Positions 56,769-64,000 of a stretch of 64,000 bases of DNA are shown here, piece after piece; position 1 is the first letter of the stretch, and the number at the start of each line of letters is the position of its first letter. The position numbers were made by a program, and so were the translations under genes. Below the pieces are notes generated by a model. It saw nothing but the letters and a program-made list of their open reading frames with translations. It did no database searches and was not told the DNA's origin. This DNA comes from Bythopirellula sp. (lineage in GTDB: Bacteria > Planctomycetota > Planctomycetia > Pirellulales > Lacipirellulaceae): positions 4,768,001 to 4,832,000 of the forward strand of contig OZ244170.1 in NCBI GenBank assembly GCA_965216565.1. The letters run 5' to 3'.

Positions 56769-57866
56769 ATGGGTGCTGCTTCCGACGCCAAGATCATCGT
56801 ACGCGAGGCAACGCCTGCCGACCTAAAAGACGTCACTGCTCTCCTTTCGGCCCGCGACGGTATCGATCGCAGTCAGCAAGTGGTCGACGCTTATCTATGG
56901 GGACTCGACCCGAGTTGTACGCGGACTTGGCTCGCTTATGTTGGCAATGAACCGGTCGGGATCACCATGCTCTATCTTCGCCACATGCGGTGGCCCCAAG
57001 AAGACAACTCAAGCACGATGAAATTGGCGGGCTACTGGTCGCACCTGTATGTGATGCCGGAGTACCGCAAGCTGATGATTTATCCCCAGTTGGTGTTGGG
57101 AATGATCCGTGGCATGCGAACCGCAGAGATCGACCTAATCTTTACCGCTACACGTCAGGCCGATGTGGCCGAGGGACACCAAAAGCTGGGCTTCGCACTG
57201 GTCAGCAAAATGCCGCTCCGATTGCGACCGTTACGCCCTTTTAGGCTGCTCGCCAAGCACAAAGGAGCAGGGTTGCTGGCGCCATTTTGTGGCCCAAGCG
57301 ACGCGATTTACCAATTTTTGCTTGGCCGAGAACCAGCGCAGGATGTTCCGATCGAAGAGATTTCACTGGAATCGAGCGACGTCGAAGAAATAGTGGCACT
57401 ACTGAATTCGCCAGACAATGATTTAGTGCGTCAGGATTGGACTGTGGAACAGTTCCGACGACGATTCCGAACGACACTCGACGGCACCAAGTACCGTCTT
57501 ACAGCAATTCGCTCTGAGGGCAGGCTCGTTGCCGGATTGATAACGGCCTTAGTCGAACGTGGGAACAACATTCGCGCGGGCATCGTCTTAGATATTGCCG
57601 CTTTGCCGAGTGCTTCTTTGGAACAGGTCAACAGCCTTATTGCCGAGGCAGAGCAGCATGCCCACCGACACGAAGCCGAAGTGATGTTGGCATTGGAACG
57701 GTCTCTTTTCATTGATCAATGGGGCGATACCTATGGCAAGTACCTAGCGAACGATTCCGAGACTTATCACATGCTGGTGTATCCCAAGCCACTAGCCCAA
57801 GAACCGTTCGCGGCAGCCCAGCTTGAGAACTGGTACTTTTCCTATGCCGATCATGATGCGTTTTGA
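56769..57866 (+). CDS. GNAT-fold acyltransferase (tandem-GNAT-sized)
   Basis: VREAT..D, LYVMPEYRK and HQKLGF motifs; 365 aa; follows the ACP. Confidence 0.78.
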   Translation: MGAASDAKIIVREATPADLKDVTALLSARDGIDRSQQVVDAYLWGLDPSCTRTWLAYVGNEPVGITMLYLRHMRWPQEDNSSTMKLAGYWSHLYVMPEYRKLMIYPQLVLGMIRGMRTAEIDLIFTATRQADVAEGHQKLGFALVSKMPLRLRPLRPFRLLAKHKGAGLLAPFCGPSDAIYQFLLGREPAQDVPIEEISLESSDVEEIVALLNSPDNDLVRQDWTVEQFRRRFRTTLDGTKYRLTAIRSEGRLVAGLITALVERGNNIRAGIVLDIAALPSASLEQVNSLIAEAEQHAHRHEAEVMLALERSLFIDQWGDTYGKYLANDSETYHMLVYPKPLAQEPFAAAQLENWYFSYADHDAF

Positions 57867-57909
57867 AACCTCCATCCAGAATTGACGAAGAACCTTCCTA
57901 AGAGTACCG

Positions 57910-58767
57910 ATGCCTGACAGTCAACTAAAGCATGCCTTGTCGTTCGATATCGAGGACTGGTTCCATCTGGTGGGGATCGAGGCGGTTGCCGATCCGAATG
58001 AGTGGGATACGTTTCCGACTTTGGTCGAGGAATATACGCAGTGGATTGTCGATGCGCTGGGAGAGCACGACACGCGGGCGACGTTCTTTATCCTAGGTTG
58101 GGTTGCAGACCGATACCCTCAGCTAGCTCCAAAGATTGCTGCGGCCGGGCATGAGATTGCCTGCCATTCTTTTTGGCACACGCGAGTTGATCAACTGACC
58201 CCAGAAGAATTTCGCGAGGAGACATCTCGGACCAAGAATCTTCTTGAACAGCAAACAGGAAAACAGGTGGTTGGTTATCGAGCTCCAAGTTTCTCTATCA
58301 CTCCAGGAGCCGAATGGGCTCTCGACGAACTAATCGATATGGGTTTCACCTACGACGCCAGTTTTTTCCCAGCCCAACGTGCTCACGGGGGATATCCGTG
58401 CCCGCAGGAGGCCCACGATTTCTCAGGGACCCCCTCCGGCCGAACGATCCGTGAGCTGCCGATGAGCGTCTTGAATCTGGGGCTGACCCGATTGCCGTTC
58501 AGTGGCGGAGGCTATTTGCGGCTCTTGCCCCAGTGGCTGATTCGCCATGGATTCAACAAGTTCGAAGCGAACGGTATCCCGGTGGTCACGTACTTGCATC
58601 CCCGCGATTTCGCCGCAGATTGCCCCTCAGTGCCGATGTCTGCGTGGCGACGATTCAAGTCTTATACAGGATTGAAGACCACCAAAGACAAGCTGCAGAT
58701 GATGCTGGCAAACTTCTCATTCGACACCTGTGCTGCCGTGGCCACTGCCCCGGAGCCTGAGGCGTGA
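57910..58767 (+). CDS. Polysaccharide deacetylase (CE4, PEP-CTERM/XrtA-system type with DUF3473)
   Basis: SFDIEDWF, ATFFILG, HEIACHSFWH, GYRAPSFS, GGGYLRL and YLHP. Confidence 0.92.
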   Translation: MPDSQLKHALSFDIEDWFHLVGIEAVADPNEWDTFPTLVEEYTQWIVDALGEHDTRATFFILGWVADRYPQLAPKIAAAGHEIACHSFWHTRVDQLTPEEFREETSRTKNLLEQQTGKQVVGYRAPSFSITPGAEWALDELIDMGFTYDASFFPAQRAHGGYPCPQEAHDFSGTPSGRTIRELPMSVLNLGLTRLPFSGGGYLRLLPQWLIRHGFNKFEANGIPVVTYLHPRDFAADCPSVPMSAWRRFKSYTGLKTTKDKLQMMLANFSFDTCAAVATAPEPEA

Positions 58768-58931
58768 GGACAGCCCGCAGAATGGTTTACAACCCTTTTT
58801 ACCGAGATATAATACGAGTTTCCCTACAAACACATTACGCCCCTCTGCTGATCGCCCTCGAGAGTGATCCCGTAGTGATCCCAAAGTGATCTCGACCAGG
58901 GCGGCATCCATCTTTCGAAGGAATTCCACAC

Positions 58932-59921
58932 ATGAGTAGTAGAAACGTATTGGTTGCTGGTGGAGGCGGTTTTATCGGTGGTCACTTGGTTCGTGATCTT
59001 CTCAAGGATGGCCATAAGGTACGCTGCGTCGATATTAAGCCCCAGGACCAGTGGTATCAGGTTGCTGATGAGGCGGAGAATGTTGTCGCCGACCTCAAGG
59101 ACATCGCCAACTGCAAGACGGCCTGCGAAGGTATGGACGATGTGTACAATCTGGCAGCTGACATGGGCGGCATGGGCTTTATTGAAAACAACAAAGCCCT
59201 CTGCATGCTCTCGGTTCTGATCAATACCCACTTGCTCCAAGCATCGCAGCAATCGGACGTAGAGCGATTCTTCTACGCCTCGAGCGCTTGTGTTTACAAC
59301 GCTGACAAGCAAGTCAGCGAAGATGTTGTGCCCTTGAAGGAAGAAGACGCTTATCCCGCGATGCCGGAAGATGGCTACGGTTGGGAGAAGCTGTTCAGTG
59401 AACGCATGTGCCGCCACTTTCGCGAAGATTACGGACTCCGCACACGGGTCGCCCGCTTCCACAACGTTTATGGACCCTATGGCACCTGGGAAGGCGGACG
59501 AGAAAAAGCCCCTGCTGCGATCTGCCGCAAGGTGATCATCGCCAAGGACAAAGATGCCAAAGAAATCGAGATTTGGGGCGACGGCAAACAGACCCGTAGC
59601 TTTATGTACATTGACGACTGCGTCAAAGGCATCCGCATGATTATGGATAGCGATATTCTAGAGCCGATCAACTTGGGTTCAGACGAACTGACCACAATCG
59701 TCGGTTTGGCGGAGATGGTCGAAGAGATCGCTGGCGTTGATCTCAAACACGATCACAACCTGTCGGCCCCTAAGGGAGTGAACGGTCGCAATAGCGACAA
59801 CACGCTCATCCAAAAGCATCTCGGTTGGGCACCTGGCATTAAGCTCCGCGACGGCATGGAGCGGACCTACAATTGGATCAACGAAGAATACCAGAAGAAG
59901 TACGCTGGCCAACCAGCTTAG
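58932..59921 (+). CDS. NAD-dependent nucleotide-sugar epimerase, GDP-mannose 3,5-epimerase-like
   Basis: GGGGFIG, LAADMGGMGFI, YASSACVY, YGWEK and RFHNVYGP.GTW.GGREKAPAAICRK. Confidence 0.9.
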   Translation: MSSRNVLVAGGGGFIGGHLVRDLLKDGHKVRCVDIKPQDQWYQVADEAENVVADLKDIANCKTACEGMDDVYNLAADMGGMGFIENNKALCMLSVLINTHLLQASQQSDVERFFYASSACVYNADKQVSEDVVPLKEEDAYPAMPEDGYGWEKLFSERMCRHFREDYGLRTRVARFHNVYGPYGTWEGGREKAPAAICRKVIIAKDKDAKEIEIWGDGKQTRSFMYIDDCVKGIRMIMDSDILEPINLGSDELTTIVGLAEMVEEIAGVDLKHDHNLSAPKGVNGRNSDNTLIQKHLGWAPGIKLRDGMERTYNWINEEYQKKYAGQPA

Positions 59922-60424
59922 ACACTGGTTGCCTCGGACGTAGGGCGCGAGTTGGCAAAGATCCCCAACATCGTCTCCTGGCGGTAAGTGAAAATCTTGA
60001 TCAGATCTCGCCGGACGAAGAGTCCGTGCAGCAAGGCCCCGCCGGGCACGCCGTAGTGGACGATATCGATCACACGTGTGCCATCCTCGCAGTCCTCGAA
60101 CAAGTGTTCGTGATGCCAATGCGAGTAGGGCCCTCGCAGTTGTTGATCTACAAACCGTGTGTGGGGCTCCCAGACGCTAATCTCCGATGTCCAGCGAATT
60201 GGAATGCCGCGGACTCGGAGGCGGTAATCGATCGTGCGGCCAGCCTCCATTTCGATCGGTTCTGGCGTCAGCACATGAAAGTTTAAAATGGGCGGCGTGA
60301 TGCGTTCTAACTGCATCGCATCGGAGAAGAAGTCAAAAACCTCTTCCCGAGGTCGGGGAACAGTACATTCTGCCCGCATCAAATAGCCACGGCGGGTGGT
60401 CGCCTTCTCGATAGTGGTCGCCAT
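59918..60424 (-). CDS. SRPBCC family protein
   Basis: VFDFFSD..LERITPP, W.SEI..W.P..FVD.Q..GPY..W.HEH and IF.YR motifs. Confidence 0.9.
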   Translation of the reverse strand: MATTIEKATTRRGYLMRAECTVPRPREEVFDFFSDAMQLERITPPILNFHVLTPEPIEMEAGRTIDYRLRVRGIPIRWTSEISVWEPHTRFVDQQLRGPYSHWHHEHLFEDCEDGTRVIDIVHYGVPGGALLHGLFVRRDLIKIFTYRQETMLGIFANSRPTSEATSV

Positions 60425-60548
60425 GAGTATCCGGAATTCCTCTGCACTTGTGGGTGTCTGACCACGGTTAAGACAGAACCGGATGCCTCTGAATCAGTTA
60501 ACTACTACGAAGAACTAGTGTCCGCCAACAAGAACTAGGGTCCAACAT

Positions 60549-60578
60549 ATAGCCGGAGGCACACCTGCCTCCGGCTAT
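60549..60578. repeat. REP-like palindrome copy 3
   Basis: ATAGCCGGAGGCA-CACC-TGCCTCCGGCTAT, perfect 13-bp arms. Confidence 0.8.
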
Positions 60579-60624
60579 TTAGCTAACCGAGTCCTTAGCT
60601 GCTGGAACGTACTAGGGAATAAGC

Positions 60625-61200
60625 TTACGAAGAGGCAGGAGCCGAAGATTCTTTCTCTTTGGACTCCTCCGCAGTTTTCTTCTCATCTTTCTTTGGTACT
60701 GGCTTTGGAGCCTTCGTTTTTTCGTCTGGCTCAAACTTGCCGGCAGGCCCCTCGAGCATCACGGGTTGGAATCCGGCCTTCTGCGAAGCGGACCAGAGGG
60801 ACTTAGTCTTCAGCTGCTTCTTCTTCTGCGGAGTTACGATTGCGACGTCGGCTTTGACATCGGTCCGTACTTTGACGACACCCTTCACTGTATAAAGCTT
60901 GCTGGCGATCTTCTTGGCACAATGCTTACAGTGCATGTTGCCCACGGTAATGACGGTATCGTCTTTGCCAATCTTCAGCTTGGTTTTCGGTCTCTTCTTA
61001 TCTTTGGACTTCTTGTCATCTTTCGCATGATCATGGTCGTGATCACTGTGATCATCGTGGTCAGCTGACTCCTTGCTCGACGTGTCCGACTTCTCTTGTT
61101 TGTCAGTGGCAACTTGTTCGGCTGTTATAGTACCTGTGTTGGCAAGGGCAAAACAGAATAGGAGCGAGAGTGTGAATAGAAGTTTGCTGTTAGCGATCAT
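60625..61200 (-). CDS. Exported heavy-metal-associated (HMA) domain protein with a His/Asp-rich segment
   Basis: Signal peptide, DHDDHSDHDHDH and MHCKHC..I..L..VKGV. Confidence 0.87.
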   Translation of the reverse strand: MIANSKLLFTLSLLFCFALANTGTITAEQVATDKQEKSDTSSKESADHDDHSDHDHDHAKDDKKSKDKKRPKTKLKIGKDDTVITVGNMHCKHCAKKIASKLYTVKGVVKVRTDVKADVAIVTPQKKKQLKTKSLWSASQKAGFQPVMLEGPAGKFEPDEKTKAPKPVPKKDEKKTAEESKEKESSAPASS

Positions 61201-61264
61201 CGAATAGGTCCTTTGAAAAAATCTATTAGAAATGATTTAGTTAGTCTTTGAATTATTGGATCAA

Positions 61265-62056
61265 TCAATTCCGCAGATAGATGCCGTCGGCGTCGATCAC
61301 CATCATACCACCCTCAATGATGCGAGCGGTACCCTTGACGACGACCGTGTCTTGCGGTTCTACGTCCACGAGTTGTTTGACTTCCAGCGGAAGTACCTTG
61401 CCGCCGTCGCCCAGGAAGCGGACCATCGCCAGCATCTCTGAGGTCTCGGCAGCATGAGCAGCACAAAAGGCACACTCTTCGCCGGGAGCATGAACGTGGC
61501 CACTGGCCTCGCGCATTGCCACGGCACCGGGGTCCGCTAGGAAAAACATTGCCTCGTTTTTCGCAAATGGATAGTCGGGCTGGGTACTCTCCCAGGGATT
61601 TGTCAGGCCACCGATTTGCCCAACAACGATCACTTCCATTGCTCCGATCGCCTCGGCACCGTGACCGTGTTCTGCATGGTCGCCGTGGTCGTGCCCGGAG
61701 TGATCGTCGTGGTCGTGGCCAGCGTGGTCCTCACCGTTCCCATTGTGGCCGTCGCCGTCGTGCCCCTCGCCTTCCTGGTGTTCACCATGGTGTTCGCCAT
61801 GGTCCGTTGCTTCGCCCTCAGCGTCTTCATCGCCGTGGTCGTGGACGTGCACAGCCTCTTCGGTGCCCAGCAGAGCGTGACGGACGTCGACGACCGTCTG
61901 CAGGCCATCCTCGGGCTCCTCCAGCATGACGAAGCGGGTTTTGTGCTTCTTAATCGTCTCGGGAGAGACGCTAGCCCCCGGTTTAGTGCAACCTGTGGCG
62001 AGTAACATCACGCAGGCCGCCGAAATTGCTGTAATTAGTGCTGTGAAACGTAACAC
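61265..62056 (-). CDS. His-rich lipoprotein with a CAFC motif
   Basis: RBS AAGGAGG before the GTG at 62056; lipobox LATGC; long H/D/E/G tract; HVHAPGEECAFC. Confidence 0.82.
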   Translation of the reverse strand: MLRFTALITAISAACVMLLATGCTKPGASVSPETIKKHKTRFVMLEEPEDGLQTVVDVRHALLGTEEAVHVHDHGDEDAEGEATDHGEHHGEHQEGEGHDGDGHNGNGEDHAGHDHDDHSGHDHGDHAEHGHGAEAIGAMEVIVVGQIGGLTNPWESTQPDYPFAKNEAMFFLADPGAVAMREASGHVHAPGEECAFCAAHAAETSEMLAMVRFLGDGGKVLPLEVKQLVDVEPQDTVVVKGTARIIEGGMMVIDADGIYLRN

Positions 62057-62393
62057 GAACCCCTCCTTAGAGGTAAAAAACCTGTAGAACACTGGGACAG
62101 TGGACTTCTTATCGCTTAAGCAGAGCTATTTTCCCGAGCTTGGTCAACATCGACCCGTTTCGGCTACGTAGTATCGGGCACTTCGGTTCGCATCTCCTCG
62201 CAAAAATCAGGACATCGGACGAAATCCATCAATTTTGGTTTTTTCTCTTCAGATCCCCAAGAAGTTCTAGGCGACCGCGAAGAACTCCTTGTAGGGATCA
62301 ATTCATCGGCATCCCAGTTTGCAAGAAAGCATTGAAATTTTCTTCCCGGCTCCTGCCCGGGGCCCAAGTTTACTGCCTGAGGAGGGCAAAACC

Positions 62394-63209
62394 ATGATTA
62401 AGAAACTAGTTGTTAGCGTCGCCGCCGTAACGATTCTGTCCATGTTGGTCTTCGGATCTAGTGCGACCAGTTACATGAGCACTTCTGCAGAGCGTGTCTC
62501 GCAGGCAGTCGAAGATAGTGTCCCCATCGAATTCCAGATCGATCGGGCTCGGAAAATGGTGCGTGATCTGGAACCAGAGATTCGTCGCTCAATGCACGTG
62601 ATCGCTAAAGAAGAAGTTGAAGTAGCGAATCTTGACGAGCGGATTAAGAAGTCTGAGACGAAAAAGAGCAAAGAGAAGTCGGACATTATCCGTTTGCAAT
62701 CCGACCTGCAAACTGGCAAGAGTGTCTTCCGCTATGCGGGCCACCAGTATACAGCAGGCGAAGTGAAGCAAGATTTGTCGCGACGCTTTGCTCGTTTCAA
62801 GACGTCCGATGCCACTCTGGGTAGCTTGAGCGACATGCGTGATGCGCGTCAACGCAATCTTGATGCGGCCCGCCAGAAGCTGGCGACCATGATGAGCTCG
62901 CAACGACAGCTGCTGGTCGAAGTAGAAAACCTGCAGGCCAAGTTAAAGCTTGTTGAAGTGGCTCAGGCTTCCAGTGATCTGCAACTTGACGATAGCCAGT
63001 TGGCACGAGCCAAGGGTCTGATCGTCGATATTCGTGCCCGTTTGGATGTGGCCGCGAAGTTGGCGGATGCGGACACCAACTTCCAGGATGAAATCCAGCT
63101 GGAAGGCCCTTCTGCTGAGGACATCACGGAGCAGGTAGCCGATTACTTTCAACTCGACGTTGATAGCGACTCGAAGATTGCCGTAGCTAGCTACGTCGAC
63201 GAGAAGTAG
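62394..63209 (+). CDS. Membrane-anchored coiled-coil protein (PspA/IM30-like)
   Basis: RBS GAGGAGG, N-terminal hydrophobic helix, VPIEFQIDRAR and long heptad repeats. Confidence 0.78.
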   Translation: MIKKLVVSVAAVTILSMLVFGSSATSYMSTSAERVSQAVEDSVPIEFQIDRARKMVRDLEPEIRRSMHVIAKEEVEVANLDERIKKSETKKSKEKSDIIRLQSDLQTGKSVFRYAGHQYTAGEVKQDLSRRFARFKTSDATLGSLSDMRDARQRNLDAARQKLATMMSSQRQLLVEVENLQAKLKLVEVAQASSDLQLDDSQLARAKGLIVDIRARLDVAAKLADADTNFQDEIQLEGPSAEDITEQVADYFQLDVDSDSKIAVASYVDEK

Positions 63210-63222
63210 TGAGACGAATGCC

Positions 63223-63262
63223 CCCCTCATCTGTCCCCTCCCCCGAAGACGGGGGAGGGGGA
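63223..63262. repeat. CCCCTCA..CCCTC-type palindromic element
   Basis: CCCCTCATCTG-TCCCCTCCCCCG-AAGA-CGGGGGAGGGG; related half-elements at 22706-22727 and 41314-41326 (reverse). Confidence 0.6.
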
Positions 63263-63358
63263 TATTGGGGCTACCGTTTTCTTCAATAACGTTCCCTTCT
63301 CGGGCCCTTCTCGGGAAAATTAGAACTCTGGCCACCCTTTGTCTTTCGCAGGTGCACT

Positions 63359-64000
63359 ATGTTCCCATCTTGGAGAATGAAAATCTGGGACGCACGTCGA
63401 GCCTTGAAAGCTGGACGTTGGGACGAAGCAACTGCCCTATTGCAACAAGAATCTGTGCGTGATTTTCTTCCCGCCAAGCGACTCTCTCAAGAGGTAGCTA
63501 CACTTCTTGCGGAGCGTGCCCAGCAGCGGATCGAGGCCAACGAAAGTTCAGCCGGTTGGCAGGACATGCGTCTCGCTGCTCAACTAGGGGGAAGTGAACA
63601 GCAGCTAGGCGAGATTCGCCAGGCCTATGCCGAACGTTGCCTCCAGCGTGTGAGACACTACCTTGCCTGTGGAGAAACAACGATGGCCAGCGAGCAAATC
63701 AACAAGCTCCAACGACGTCACCTGGGCGGTCAAGAACGACGAGCCTGGAAGCTGATCATCGGGCTAATTTCTCGATCCAAGCAACTCGCCCGCCATGGCA
63801 AAGTGCGTGCTGCCGACGAAAACCTGCAGCGAGCCAAGCTACTATTGCCCGACCCAGAAGATTCCCTCGCCGACGAAATCTCGCAACGTCAGGAACGATT
63901 GCGAGCCGATGGCGATCGAATCTCCCAAATCAACACCGCCCTGCACGAGGCCCTCGGAGAAGAGAACTGGACTACGGTTCTCACCCTAGCCGAGTCGCTG
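63359..64000 (+). CDS. Helical hypothetical protein, 3'-partial (absent from the ORF track because it lacks a stop)
   Basis: ATG at 63359 opens 214 codons running to the window end: MFPSWRMKIWDARRALKAGRWDEATALLQ...SAGWQDMRLAAQLGG... Confidence 0.8.
   Translation, partial: MFPSWRMKIWDARRALKAGRWDEATALLQQESVRDFLPAKRLSQEVATLLAERAQQRIEANESSAGWQDMRLAAQLGGSEQQLGEIRQAYAERCLQRVRHYLACGETTMASEQINKLQRRHLGGQERRAWKLIIGLISRSKQLARHGKVRAADENLQRAKLLLPDPEDSLADEISQRQERLRADGDRISQINTALHEALGEENWTTVLTLAESL

Noticed and set aside
58824..59462. 212-aa minus-strand ORF
   Set aside because: Antisense shadow of the epimerase gene.

Overview
About 54% GC bacterial chromosomal DNA, almost certainly Planctomycetota (Pirellulales-like). 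This rests on the DUF1549/1553 + DUF1501 pair, an isolated H4MPT C1-transfer gene (fhcD) and many planctomycete-type secreted proteins. About 56 CDSs are supported; no rRNA, tRNA, CRISPR array, transposase or prophage was seen. Envelope glycan biology dominates. An exosortase/EpsI/Wza/Wzc locus lies at 6.6-14.1 kb, and its Wzc looks like a dead tyrosine kinase. A second Wza lies at 25.8 kb. A 20-kb Wzx/Wzy polysaccharide cluster (40.1-59.9 kb) has three sulfotransferases, two acetyltransferases, a methyltransferase, a VOC-FkbH-ACP-GNAT acylation module and a GDP-mannose 3,5-epimerase-like enzyme. The most striking signal absent from the ORF track is at 30.5-32.2 kb, which holds three sigma-54 (-24/-12) promoters. 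Two drive tandem tiny secreted Tyr-rich proteins. The divergent third drives a candidate ~250-nt structured non-coding RNA with G-rich direct repeats, a long hairpin topped by a C-rich loop and its own terminator. Related C-rich motifs recur in the neighbouring transcripts. All calls come from reading motifs by eye; no database search was run.
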